DNA from: Clostridia bacterium
Lineage (GTDB): Bacteria > Bacillota > Clostridia > RGIG6154
Direction of reading: 5' to 3'
DNA: 64,000 nucleotides
NCBI GenBank assembly: GCA_045589295.1
Contig: JAZNOU010000002.1
Location: 64,001-128,000, forward strand
Positions 18,993-28,427 of the stretch are shown in pieces. The notes beneath the pieces were generated by a model. The model was not told the DNA's origin and made no database searches. It saw only the letters and a list, made by a program, of their open reading frames with translations. Within the stretch, counting starts at the first letter, position 1; the number at the start of each line of letters is the position of its first letter. The position numbers were made by a program, and so were the translations under genes.

Positions 18993-19667
18993 TTAAATTT
19001 TATTCATGACACCGCGTAAAGACTCCCAGTTTCCGTCAGCCATAATCGATACATTTTTCCAGGCGATTCCTCGGTAGCCTTTTTCTTTTATCAGGTTATG
19101 TCTTGTGCTTATGCTTAAAGTGTCTTCAAGAAAAACTAGTCTGGGACTTCCGCCTGGGGATAAATATGTGTAGTATGAATAACACATTGAATCTATAAAA
19201 AAAGTTTTTGCTCCTTTCAATGAGCATTTTAATATTGCCTGATTATAGCTTAAATTTTCCCACGAAGCATCAAGCATATCAAAATCTGTGCACTCACCTG
19301 AAAGTTCTATTAGAGTTTTGTTTTTTAAAGGTAAAAATTCTTCTAAAACTTTTTTAAAAGAGGTGAGAGGATATGGCGGTGTTAACGGGGAAGTGATGGG
19401 GAATCTTACAATTAAAAAGTCGCACAATGGTGCATAAAACTCTGCTATTTTAAACGACGGGGGAACAATTGCAACTTTTTTTGTAAATGAGTTTAATAAA
19501 GTAATATTTTTTTCAAATTGAGAGTAGCTTTTTGAAAAATCGAAAATTTCTCCCAAATATTGTTTTTCGTGTATGCAGTTTGAGAAACCATTAACAGAAA
19601 ACTGAGAAACGCATTTTAAAAGCCTCTCACTTGGGGGTTTGGGAAAAAAGCCGTGTACAATAAACAT
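18993..19667 (-). CDS. degenerate GH18 (YaaH/SleL/YdhD-like) protein lacking the catalytic motif
   Basis: C-terminus YYTY...G..RLVFLEDTLSI..RHNLIKEKGYRGIAW..N.W resembles spore GH18 tails; no DxxDxDxE; SD AAGGAG. Confidence 0.6.
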   Translation of the reverse strand: MFIVHGFFPKPPSERLLKCVSQFSVNGFSNCIHEKQYLGEIFDFSKSYSQFEKNITLLNSFTKKVAIVPPSFKIAEFYAPLCDFLIVRFPITSPLTPPYPLTSFKKVLEEFLPLKNKTLIELSGECTDFDMLDASWENLSYNQAILKCSLKGAKTFFIDSMCYSYYTYLSPGGSPRLVFLEDTLSISTRHNLIKEKGYRGIAWKNVSIMADGNWESLRGVMNKI

Positions 19668-19748
19668 AAAATCTCCTTGCCCTTGAATTTTATATATATT
19701 TATGGTATACTTATTATAATATATGTATATTTTACGGAGTGATAAAAA

Positions 19749-20249
19749 ATGAAATTTTTGTTGCCGAGATTTATGTTTAATGCAATTGAAGAAATTCCGA
19801 TAGAGGCTATGAAAAACCTTGGTGTTAAAGCTGCAATTTTAGATATTGACAATACTTTGGTAGAACCCCATACACCTGTTGCAGATGAGCGAGCTAAGGC
19901 TTTTGTTAAAAAACTTGAACAAAGTGGAATTTTGGTATGTATTGTTTCAAATAATATATATGACAGAGCAAAAAAATTTGCAGACTCAATTCCTGTGCCT
20001 TTTGTTTGTGATAAGAATAAGCCAAACAAAAAACCATTTTTAATGGCACTTGATATTTTAAAGGTTGATGCCAAAAATGTTATGGTTATAGGCGATCAGC
20101 TTTTGACAGATGTGTGGGGTGCAAACAGAATGGGAATGATACCTGTTTTGGTAAAGCCTGTTTGTGATAAAGAGGGAAAGTTTGTTAAATTTAAAAGAAT
20201 AATTGAAAGAAGAATTTTAAAAGGTTTTGAGGGTGAAAAAATTGACTGA
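19749..20249 (+). CDS. yqeG: YqeG family HAD IIIA phosphatase
   Basis: LDIDNTLV, IVSNN, KP, IGDQLLTDVWGANRMG. Confidence 0.92.
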   Translation: MKFLLPRFMFNAIEEIPIEAMKNLGVKAAILDIDNTLVEPHTPVADERAKAFVKKLEQSGILVCIVSNNIYDRAKKFADSIPVPFVCDKNKPNKKPFLMALDILKVDAKNVMVIGDQLLTDVWGANRMGMIPVLVKPVCDKEGKFVKFKRIIERRILKGFEGEKID

Positions 20250-21063
20250 AAAATTTTTTGTAGCAGGTCACCCTGTGGGACATTCGCTTTCTCCTGTGAT
20301 ACACAGTGTGTTTTTTGAGCACTTTGGAATGAAAGAAAAGTATGGCACAAAAGACATATTACCTGAAGAATTTAAAAACGAGGTAGAAATTTTTAAAAAA
20401 AGTGGTGTTGTAGGCTTTAATGTTACTATACCGCACAAGATTTCCGCTTTTGAGATGTCAGATGTTGTTGACGATTATACTAAAATGGTGGGGGCGGTAA
20501 ACACTGTTGAATTTAAACAGGGTAAAGTTTACGGCTACAACACAGACGGGATTGGGTTTATAAAAGCATTAGAAAAAAATGGGATAAGCGTTAAAGGTAA
20601 AACAGTTTGTATTTTAGGTGCAGGTGGGGCGGTCAATTCAATTGCAGTTAAAACGCATTTAGAAGGCGGGAAAATTATTATACTTGCAAGAAGAAAAGAG
20701 CAGGCAGATGCCATTTGCAAAAAGCAAGGCTTTGGGAGTTCAGATTACATTGAAAATATCAATAAATACACTTTTGACATATTGGTAAATGCGACACCTG
20801 TTGGAATGCATCCTAACGAGGGGACAAGCCCGATTGAGGAAATTAAGGAATGCGAGTTTGTTTATGATCTTATTTATAATCCTGGCAGAACTGAATTTTT
20901 AAGAAGAGCAACAGAAAAAGGGATTAAGTGCGACAACGGTTTGTGGATGCTTGTATATCAGGCGGCTGCTTCGTTTGAAATATGGACTGGCAAAGCGCTT
21001 GATGTGAGTGCCATTGATGAAGCTTACAAAAGGGTTTTGTTGACGTTGGAGGGAAAGAAATGA
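20233..21063 (+). CDS. aroE: shikimate dehydrogenase
   Basis: GHPVGHSLSP, NVTIPHK, GAVNT, NTDG, GAGG, NATPVGM, DLIYNP, GLWMLVYQA. Confidence 0.95.
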   Translation: MKKLTEKFFVAGHPVGHSLSPVIHSVFFEHFGMKEKYGTKDILPEEFKNEVEIFKKSGVVGFNVTIPHKISAFEMSDVVDDYTKMVGAVNTVEFKQGKVYGYNTDGIGFIKALEKNGISVKGKTVCILGAGGAVNSIAVKTHLEGGKIIILARRKEQADAICKKQGFGSSDYIENINKYTFDILVNATPVGMHPNEGTSPIEEIKECEFVYDLIYNPGRTEFLRRATEKGIKCDNGLWMLVYQAAASFEIWTGKALDVSAIDEAYKRVLLTLEGKK

Positions 21064-21572
21064 ATGTTGTGCTTACCGGGTTTATGGGTGTAGGGAAATC
21101 AACTATTGGCAAGCTGCTTTCAGAAAAACTTGGATTTGGGTTTTGTGATACTGATAAAGAAATTGAAAAAAACTCTAATATGTCAATCCCTGAAATTTTT
21201 GAAAAGTATGGAGAAACAAAATTCAGAGAAATCGAAACTAAAGTAATTAAAGAAATTTCTTTAAAACAAAATTGTGTCATTTCGTGTGGCGGCGGAGTTG
21301 TTAAATCAGATGAAAATATGAATTATCTGAAAACAAAAGGCAAAATTATTAACCTTTACGCTACAGTTGAGAAGATTTTGTCAAACATAGGCGACGATCA
21401 GGGAAGACCGCTTATTAAGGGCAAATCAAAGCAGGAGATAAAACAGCTCATGGAAGAAAGGGAGCAGTTTTATAAAAATGCAGACCTAAGAATAGACGTT
21501 ACTTATCTTACAAAAGAAGAAATAGTAAATCAAATAGAAGATTTTATAAGAAACGGGGAAAAATATGATTAG
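21060..21572 (+). CDS. aroK: shikimate kinase
   Basis: GFMGVGKST, DTD, FREIE, SCGGG, RPL. Confidence 0.95.
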   Translation: MNVVLTGFMGVGKSTIGKLLSEKLGFGFCDTDKEIEKNSNMSIPEIFEKYGETKFREIETKVIKEISLKQNCVISCGGGVVKSDENMNYLKTKGKIINLYATVEKILSNIGDDQGRPLIKGKSKQEIKQLMEEREQFYKNADLRIDVTYLTKEEIVNQIEDFIRNGEKYD

Positions 21573-22422
21573 ATTTGGTCCATCCGGAAATCCTGATAAA
21601 TTTTATGAAGATGGTAACAAAGCGAGCACGGCTATGCCGCAATGGGTAAAAACACAAGGACTTAATGCTTACGAATATCAGTGCAGTAAAGGCGTTAAAA
21701 TTTCTGAAGTTACCGCAAACAAATTGGGCGATGAAGCAGATAAAAACGATATTTATTTAAGTGTTCACGCACCGTATTTTATAAGTCTTTCTTCGGTAGA
21801 AGAAGAAAAAAGACTTAAAAGTGTTGATTACATTATGCAGACAATGGCAGCAGCAAAGTTTATGGGAGCTAAAAGAATTGTTGTTCATTCAGGGTCTTGC
21901 AGTAAAATGTCAAGAGAAGAAGCATTGGTACTTGCATGCGATACGTTGAAAATTGCAAATGAAGAAATTAAAAACTTAAGGGTTGAAGATATTTCACTTT
22001 GCCCTGAAACAATGGGGAAAATTAATCAGCTCGGTACGGTTGAAGAAGTAATAGAACTGTGCAAAATTTCAGAAAATTTTGTTCCGTGTATTGATTTCGG
22101 ACACGTTAACGCAAGAGAAATGGGAAGCCTTAATGAGTATAAGGATTTTGAAAGGATTGTTAATTTAATTGAAAATGAACTTGGCATAGACAGAGCTAAA
22201 AAGTTCCACGTTCATTTTACAAGAATTGAATATACAACAGGCGGTGAAAAAAAGCATATTCCGTATAGTGATGAGTCTTTTGGCCCTAGCTTTGACCCGT
22301 TTGCAGAACTTATTGTAAAAAAAGATTTAAAGCCTGTTATTATCTGTGAATCACCGGGAATGCAGGCGGAAGATGCACTGACTTACAAAAGAATTTATGA
22401 AACTATGAAGGGGAGATTTTGA
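21565..22422 (+). CDS. endonuclease IV-like TIM-barrel (AP endonuclease family 2)
   Basis: HAPYFIS, VVHSG, PETMGK, CIDFGH, HVHF, EKKH, IICES zinc-ligand motifs. Confidence 0.85.
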   Translation: MIRFGPSGNPDKFYEDGNKASTAMPQWVKTQGLNAYEYQCSKGVKISEVTANKLGDEADKNDIYLSVHAPYFISLSSVEEEKRLKSVDYIMQTMAAAKFMGAKRIVVHSGSCSKMSREEALVLACDTLKIANEEIKNLRVEDISLCPETMGKINQLGTVEEVIELCKISENFVPCIDFGHVNAREMGSLNEYKDFERIVNLIENELGIDRAKKFHVHFTRIEYTTGGEKKHIPYSDESFGPSFDPFAELIVKKDLKPVIICESPGMQAEDALTYKRIYETMKGRF

Positions 22423-22424
22423 GT

Positions 22425-22850
22425 ATGAAAATTCTCATTTTAAACGGAGTTAATCTTAATTTGACCGGAATCCGTGAGAAAGGTATTTACGGAAGCCTTA
22501 CACTTGATGAAATTAATGAAAAAATAAAAAAAGAATGTGAGATAAAAGGCGTTGAGTGTGAATTTTATCAATCAAATCACGAAGGTGATATTGTTGATAA
22601 ATTGCACGAAGCGAGAACAAAATACGATGGCGCCATTTTAAATGCAGGAGCATTTACGCACTATTCGTATGGTATACATGATGCTATTGTTGCGGCTGAA
22701 ATTCCTGTAATTGAGGTTCATATGTCCAATGTGCACAAAAGGGAAGAATTTCGTCATAAATCCGTGATTTCACCAGCGTGTAAAGGTGTAATTTGTGGTT
22801 TTGGATATAAAAGCTATATTTTAGGCGTGGAGGCGCTTATTGATGCTTAA
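22425..22850 (+). CDS. aroQ: type II 3-dehydroquinate dehydratase
   Basis: LNGVNLNL.G.RE..IYG, QSNHEG, NAGAFTHYS, EVHMSNVHKREEFRH. Confidence 0.96.
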   Translation: MKILILNGVNLNLTGIREKGIYGSLTLDEINEKIKKECEIKGVECEFYQSNHEGDIVDKLHEARTKYDGAILNAGAFTHYSYGIHDAIVAAEIPVIEVHMSNVHKREEFRHKSVISPACKGVICGFGYKSYILGVEALIDA

Positions 22851-23877
22851 AAAAAGAATAGACCGCCTTTTAAACGAAATAGGTGAAACTGCGGTGTATC
22901 TTACTGATTCAGACGATATGTACTATTACTCTGGTTTTGCAGGCGAGGGCGGAGTTGTTGTTTCGAAAGATAAAAGAATTGTTTTAACTGATGGCAGATA
23001 CACAGAAATGGCGCAAAAAAGCTGCCCCGGATTTGAAGTTTTGGCAATTAATGATATGACCCTGGTTTTGAACAGTCTTAAATGTCCTGTTGTTGTGCAA
23101 GCGGACAGTATAAGTTACAGTATGTATTTAAGGCTTAAAGAAGCAGGACTTGAACTTGATCCGTTAAAAGATGTATTTGATCATCTTCGTTCGGTAAAAC
23201 AAGAAAAGGAAATTGAGTGTCTGAAAAAAGCGGCTTTAATTGCAGAAGATGTTTATAAAGAAGTTTTAAAGTTTTTAAGCGTTGGAAAAACTGAAAGAGA
23301 AATTGCAGCATTTATAGATTATCAGATAAAATTAAAAGGTGCTGGAAAAAACTCATTTGAAACAATTTGCGTATCTGGAAAAAACACTTCACTTCCGCAT
23401 GGTGTGCCAACTGATAAACAGTTGCAAAACGGGGAATTTATAACATTGGATTTTGGTGCAAAAGTTGATGGGTATTGTTCTGATATGACAAGAACAGTTG
23501 CATTGGGAAGTGTTACTGATGAAATGGCAAACGTTTATGACGTTGTTTTAAAAGCACAGGAAAAATCACAAAATGCCATAAAAGCAGGGATATCTTGCAA
23601 AGAAATAGATGAAATCGCAAGAGATTATATAAAAGAAAATGGCTATGGTGAGTATTTTGTGCATAGTCTTGGACATGGCGTAGGGCTTAAAATTCACGAA
23701 CAGCCCAACTTGAGTCCAAAGTCAGAAAAAGTACTTGAAGTTAATAATGTCGTGACCGTTGAACCTGGCATTTATATACCTGATAAATTCGGAGTCAGGA
23801 TTGAAAATACAGTGATTGTTACACGTACAAAGGCGATAAGTTTGCAAAAAAGTTCCAAAGAATTGACAATATTATGA
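22843..23877 (+). CDS. Xaa-Pro aminopeptidase (M24)
   Basis: TDGRY, LPHG, DFG...[30 protein letters not shown]. Confidence 0.93.
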   Translation: MLKKRIDRLLNEIGETAVYLTDSDDMYYYSGFAGEGGVVVSKDKRIVLTDGRYTEMAQKSCPGFEVLAINDMTLVLNSLKCPVVVQADSISYSMYLRLKEAGLELDPLKDVFDHLRSVKQEKEIECLKKAALIAEDVYKEVLKFLSVGKTEREIAAFIDYQIKLKGAGKNSFETICVSGKNTSLPHGVPTDKQLQNGEFITLDFGAKVDGYCSDMTRTVALGSVTDEMANVYDVVLKAQEKSQNAIKAGISCKEIDEIARDYIKENGYGEYFVHSLGHGVGLKIHEQPNLSPKSEKVLEVNNVVTVEPGIYIPDKFGVRIENTVIVTRTKAISLQKSSKELTIL

Positions 23878-23944
23878 AAAAGACTTGAAATTATTGCAAA
23901 TTTGTTATAAAATAAGAAGAAGAATAAATTGGAGGTTTTTATTT

Positions 23945-24502
23945 ATGATTTCAGCAGGAGATTTTAGAAATGGTATTACATTTGAAATGGAAGGCAATGT
24001 TTTTCAGATAGTTGAATTCCAGCACGTTAAACCTGGTAAGGGTGCGGCTTTTGTTAGAACAAAGCTCAAAAACGTTATTACAGGTGGCGTTGTTGAAAAA
24101 ACATTCAGACCTACAGAAAAACTTGAAAAGGCTCATATCGAAAGAAAAGATATGCAGTATTCATACTCAGATGGTGAACTTTATTACTTTATGGACCAGG
24201 AAACATTTGATATGGTTCCGATCAGCGCGGATCAGGTTGGCGATACTCTTAAGTTTGTAAAAGAAGAAATGATTTGCAAAATCCTTTCTTACAAGGGAAA
24301 TATTTTTGGTATCGAACCACCTACATTTGTTGAACTTTTGGTTACAGAAACAGAACCTGGAATCAAAGGTGATACTGCAACAGGTGCAACAAAGCCTGCA
24401 ACACTTGAAACTGGTGCGCAGATTATGGTTCCGCTCTTTATTGATAACAATGAGATGATCAGAGTTGATACAAGAACCGGAGAATATATGGAAAGAGCGT
24501 AA
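23945..24502 (+). CDS. efp: elongation factor P
   Basis: [34 protein letters not shown]; ATG 23945 after GGAGG. Confidence 0.98.
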   Translation: MISAGDFRNGITFEMEGNVFQIVEFQHVKPGKGAAFVRTKLKNVITGGVVEKTFRPTEKLEKAHIERKDMQYSYSDGELYYFMDQETFDMVPISADQVGDTLKFVKEEMICKILSYKGNIFGIEPPTFVELLVTETEPGIKGDTATGATKPATLETGAQIMVPLFIDNNEMIRVDTRTGEYMERA

Positions 24503-24550
24503 TTTTAGACTTTTGGTATTTAAATAATAAATTAAAAGGAGAATGAAATT

Positions 24551-24988
24551 ATGAGCACATTAAAAGAAAGAGCTTCATACCTTGCAGGATTGGCTGAAGG
24601 AATGGAATTGGAAGCATCAAAAGAAAGCAAGCTTATTTTAAAGCTTTTGGAAGTTGTTGACGAAATGGCTGAGAGAATTGACGATTTGGAAGCATACGTT
24701 GAAGAACTCGATGCTAAAGTTGATGAAATTGATCACGATCTCGGCGATTTGGAAGAAGAATATTATGAAGATTGCGACTGTGATTGCGATGATGACGATT
24801 GTGATTGCTGTGATTGTGATTGCGACGATGACGATGTTTATGAATTTGAATGTGATAAATGCGGCGAAACAATTTTCGTTGACGGAAGCCTTTTAGATGA
24901 AGATGAAGAAATTCTTTGTCCAAACTGTGGTGAAGAAATTTCTCTTGAATTTGATGATTGCGACTGCGGTTGCTGCGATCACGAATAA
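24551..24988 (+). CDS. CD1247-like protein: N-terminal coiled coil, Cys/Asp-rich tract, zinc ribbon
   Basis: LKERASYLAGLAEG, CDKC...CPNC ribbon, DCDCDC repeats; typical efp neighbour in clostridia. Confidence 0.8.
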   Translation: MSTLKERASYLAGLAEGMELEASKESKLILKLLEVVDEMAERIDDLEAYVEELDAKVDEIDHDLGDLEEEYYEDCDCDCDDDDCDCCDCDCDDDDVYEFECDKCGETIFVDGSLLDEDEEILCPNCGEEISLEFDDCDCGCCDHE

Positions 24989-24998
24989 TAATTAAGTT

Positions 24999-25032
24999 AA
25001 AAAAGCACGTGCATATTTGCACGTGCTTTTTT
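24999..25032 (+). terminator. intrinsic terminator
   Basis: AAAAAAGCACGTGCA-TATT-TGCACGTGCTTTTTT. Confidence 0.9.
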
Positions 25033-25103
25033 GTATTATTTGGAAAAGCTTACAAATTTTTCTTTATTTTTCTTTGTTTTGTTGACTTTTTTTGGTTTTG
25101 CTA

Positions 25104-25132
25104 TTGACTTTGGTTGTAAAGTGGTGTAAAAT
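25104..25132 (+). promoter_or_regulatory. sigmaA promoter P1 of the BMC locus
   Basis: TTGACT-17 nt-TAAAAT. Confidence 0.7.
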
Positions 25133-25161
25133 ATAGTTGTATTATTATCGAGGTATTATAT

Positions 25162-25899
25162 ATGAAACTGATTGCAAGTGATTTAGACGGAACTCTTTTG
25201 TTAAAAGGAGAGAAAAAACTAAATAGCAGAGTTTTAAAGTCTTTGACAGCGCTTAAATCTTCCGAGATTGATTTTTCAGTTGCGTCAGGCAGAACATATG
25301 GCGAACTTATAAGAATTTTTGACGGTTTTTTAAGAGATACATATTTTATTTCATTTGACGGAGCACTAGTGGTTAAAAACGGGGAAAATCTGTATGGCAG
25401 TCCTTTTTCAAAGGAGGATTTAAAGCTTATAAATAAGTTTGATGAGTTTGTTTTGCATGGCAAATTTATGACTTATGTGAAATCTCGTTATCCTTATTTT
25501 ATAAGAAAGATAAAAAAACAATACAATGGGCACGTGGTGCAAATTTCTGATGTATCCGAAATAAAGGATTGTACTTTTAAGTTGGTTTTGTATAAAAATT
25601 TCAGAACGCTGGAAAAACTTCCGTTTGATATGGTGTATAAGGACAATACCTTGTGTGAGTTTGTAAAGCAGGGGACAAACAAAGGAGTTGCTCTTAAAAA
25701 TATTTTAAGCGAACTTAAAATACAACCCGAAGATTGTGCTGTGTTCGGCGACAGTGAAAATGATAAAGAGTTTTTAAAAGTTTCACAAAACAGCTTTGCA
25801 GTTAAAAACTCAAAACACGAGATAAGAAAGATTTGCAAATTCTATACTGATGATATTTCATCGACAATTGATATGTTAGTTAAGGAGGCAACAAAATGA
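25162..25899 (+). CDS. Cof-like HAD IIB phosphatase
   Basis: ASDLDGTLL, ASGR, NKG, FGDSEND; stop overlaps the GRE start (ATGA). Confidence 0.88.
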   Translation: MKLIASDLDGTLLLKGEKKLNSRVLKSLTALKSSEIDFSVASGRTYGELIRIFDGFLRDTYFISFDGALVVKNGENLYGSPFSKEDLKLINKFDEFVLHGKFMTYVKSRYPYFIRKIKKQYNGHVVQISDVSEIKDCTFKLVLYKNFRTLEKLPFDMVYKDNTLCEFVKQGTNKGVALKNILSELKIQPEDCAVFGDSENDKEFLKVSQNSFAVKNSKHEIRKICKFYTDDISSTIDMLVKEATK

Positions 25900-28427
25900 A
25901 AAAATTTGATTTTGACGGCATTTTAAAAAGTCCTAGAATTGACCGTTTGATTGATAATTTGTTTGTGAAAATGCCGGAAATTGAAGCAGAACGTGCGGTG
26001 CTTCTTACCGAGTCCTATAAGCAGACTGAAGGAGAACCAATTATTTTAAGACGTGCAAAAGCATTTAAAAATATCTGCGAAAAGCTTCCGCTTACAATTC
26101 GTGATGAAGAACTTATCGTAGGTGCTGCAACAAAAGTTGCACGTGGTTGTCAGGTGTTTCCTGAGTATTCTTTTGAATGGCTTGAAGAGGAGTTTGATAC
26201 AGTAGAAACAAGATCTGCAGACCCTTTCCACATTTCTGAAGAAACAAAAGCAACTTTAAAAGAAGTGTATAAGTACTGGAGAGGAAAAACCACCAGCGAT
26301 CTTGCTACTTCATATATGTCGTCTGCGGCATTAAAGGCAATTGAGCACAATATCTTTACACCCGGGAATTATTTTTACAATGGTGTAGGTCACGTTACAG
26401 TTGATTATAAGAAAGTTCTTGAAGTAGGTTACAAGGGCATTATGGCAGAGGCTAAAAAGGCTTTGGCAGAATGTGATGTTGCGCAGTCTGATTATGCATC
26501 AAGAAGTGCATTTTTAGAAGCAGTAATTATAAGCTGCGAGGCAGCAATTACCTTTGCAAAAAGATATTCAGAATATGCTTATCAGCTTGCACAGAATACC
26601 GCAGATGCTACAAGAAAACAGGAACTTTTAATAATTTCAGAAAACTGCGCAAATGTTCCTGAAAATGGTGCAAAATCATTCTATGAGGCTTGTCAGTCAT
26701 TCTGGTTTGTTCAGCTTCTTATTCAGACAGAATCAAGCGGGCACTCAATTTCACCTGGTCGTTTTGACCAGTATATGTATCCTTATTATAAAAAGGATAT
26801 TGATGCAGGCAAAATCACAAAGGAGTTTGCTCAAGAGCTTATTGATTGTGTTTGGGTTAAACTCAACGACTTCACAAAGGTAAGAGATAAAGCATCGGCA
26901 GAAGGTTTTGCAGGCTACAGTTTGTTTCAGAACCTGATTGCAGGCGGTCAGACTCCTGACGGAAGAGATGCCACAAACGACCTTTCATTCATGACAATTG
27001 AAGCAACTATGCATGTGCTTTTGCCACAGCCGTCGTTCTCTGTAAGGGTATGGAACGGAACTCCGCATGAATTTATGATTAAAGCGGGTGAACTTACAAG
27101 AACAGGTGTTGGTCTTCCTGCTTATTATAACGACGAAGTTATTATTCCTGCTTTAGTAAACCGCGGTCTTACTTTAGAAGATGCAAGAAACTACAACATC
27201 ATCGGTTGTGTTGAGCCTCAGTGTCCTGGCAAGACAGATGGATGGCATGATGCAGCGTTTTTTAATATGTGTAGAATTGTAGAGCTTGTTTTCTCAAACG
27301 GTGTTGATGAAGGTGAGAAAATAAGCGTTGACACAGGGAATGTTGAAGACTTTAAAACATTTGAAGAATTTTTTGATGCTTACAAAGCTCATATGAATTA
27401 TATGATAAAGCTTATGGTTAACGCAGACAATGCTATTGATATGGCACATATGAACCGTTGTCCGTTGCCATTCCAGTCATGTATGGTGGCTGACTGTATC
27501 GGCAGAGGCAAATCAATGCAGGAAGGTGGCGCGATTTACAACTTTACAGGTCCGCAAGGATTTGGTATTGCTAATATGGCAGATGCTCTTTATGCAATTA
27601 AAAAGCTTGTATTTGATGAAAAGAAAATTACTTTGGCTGAATTTAAAGAGGCTTTAAAAGATAACTACGGAAGAAGCACAGACGAAAAGCAGGCTATGAG
27701 CATTACAACTGAAATTGTGAGACAGATTGTATCTGCAGGTCAGACAGTTTCTGAAGAAAAAATTGCTGAAATTTACAAAATGGTTGCCGCAAGTGGTGGC
27801 GTAAGCGAAGAGAAAAAAGCAAAATATGATAAGCTTCTTGAGATGATTGATGCACTTCCTAAGTTTGGTAATGACAACAGTGAAGTAGATGCTTTAGCGA
27901 GAGAAGTTGCTTATACATATACAAAGCCATTGGAACAGTATAAAAATCCAAGAGGCGGAAGCTATCAGGCGGGATTATATCCTGTGTCTGCTAACGTTCC
28001 GCTTGGCGCACAGACAGGGGCAACTCCTGACGGAAGGTTTGCTTGTACCCCTGTGGCAGATGGTGTATCGCCTTGTGCAGGCAGGGATGTCAACGGACCT
28101 ACTGCGGCTGCAAACTCTGTTTCAAAGCTTGACCACTTTATTGCATCAAACGGAACGTTATTTAATATGAAGTTCCATCCGTCAGCTTTAAAAGGAAGAG
28201 CGGGTCTTGAGAGCTTTGTTTCGCTTATCAGAGCCTACTTTGACCAGAAAGGCAGTCACATGCAGTTTAACGTTGTAAGCCGTGAAACACTTCGCGATGC
28301 ACAGAAGAATCCTGAAAAGTATAAGAGCTTGGTTGTTCGTGTTGCGGGATATTCTGCACTGTTTACAACACTTTCAAAATCACTTCAGGATGATATTATT
28401 AACAGAACTGAACAAGGTGGATTTTAA
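25896..28427 (+). CDS. glycyl radical enzyme, probable B12-independent 1,2-propanediol dehydratase
   Basis: Gly loop RVAGYS, Cys loop GCVEP, dehydratase-type GVGH, SSGHSIS, GWHD, SLFQN and YPVSAN; BMC context. Confidence 0.88.
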   Translation: MKKFDFDGILKSPRIDRLIDNLFVKMPEIEAERAVLLTESYKQTEGEPIILRRAKAFKNICEKLPLTIRDEELIVGAATKVARGCQVFPEYSFEWLEEEFDTVETRSADPFHISEETKATLKEVYKYWRGKTTSDLATSYMSSAALKAIEHNIFTPGNYFYNGVGHVTVDYKKVLEVGYKGIMAEAKKALAECDVAQSDYASRSAFLEAVIISCEAAITFAKRYSEYAYQLAQNTADATRKQELLIISENCANVPENGAKSFYEACQSFWFVQLLIQTESSGHSISPGRFDQYMYPYYKKDIDAGKITKEFAQELIDCVWVKLNDFTKVRDKASAEGFAGYSLFQNLIAGGQTPDGRDATNDLSFMTIEATMHVLLPQPSFSVRVWNGTPHEFMIKAGELTRTGVGLPAYYNDEVIIPALVNRGLTLEDARNYNIIGCVEPQCPGKTDGWHDAAFFNMCRIVELVFSNGVDEGEKISVDTGNVEDFKTFEEFFDAYKAHMNYMIKLMVNADNAIDMAHMNRCPLPFQSCMVADCIGRGKSMQEGGAIYNFTGPQGFGIANMADALYAIKKLVFDEKKITLAEFKEALKDNYGRSTDEKQAMSITTEIVRQIVSAGQTVSEEKIAEIYKMVAASGGVSEEKKAKYDKLLEMIDALPKFGNDNSEVDALAREVAYTYTKPLEQYKNPRGGSYQAGLYPVSANVPLGAQTGATPDGRFACTPVADGVSPCAGRDVNGPTAAANSVSKLDHFIASNGTLFNMKFHPSALKGRAGLESFVSLIRAYFDQKGSHMQFNVVSRETLRDAQKNPEKYKSLVVRVAGYSALFTTLSKSLQDDIINRTEQGGF

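Noticed and set aside
24714-25022. His/Arg/Asn-rich minus-strand ORF
   Set aside because: Antisense shadow of the Asp/Cys repeat; it spans the terminator and has no SD
25896-28427. Choline TMA-lyase, pyruvate formate-lyase or glycerol dehydratase identity for the GRE
   Set aside because: Single-Cys GCVEP loop rules out PFL (which has CC). The aldolase context and the SLFQN/YPVS residues, as I recall them, favour propanediol dehydratase. A phylogeny is still needed.
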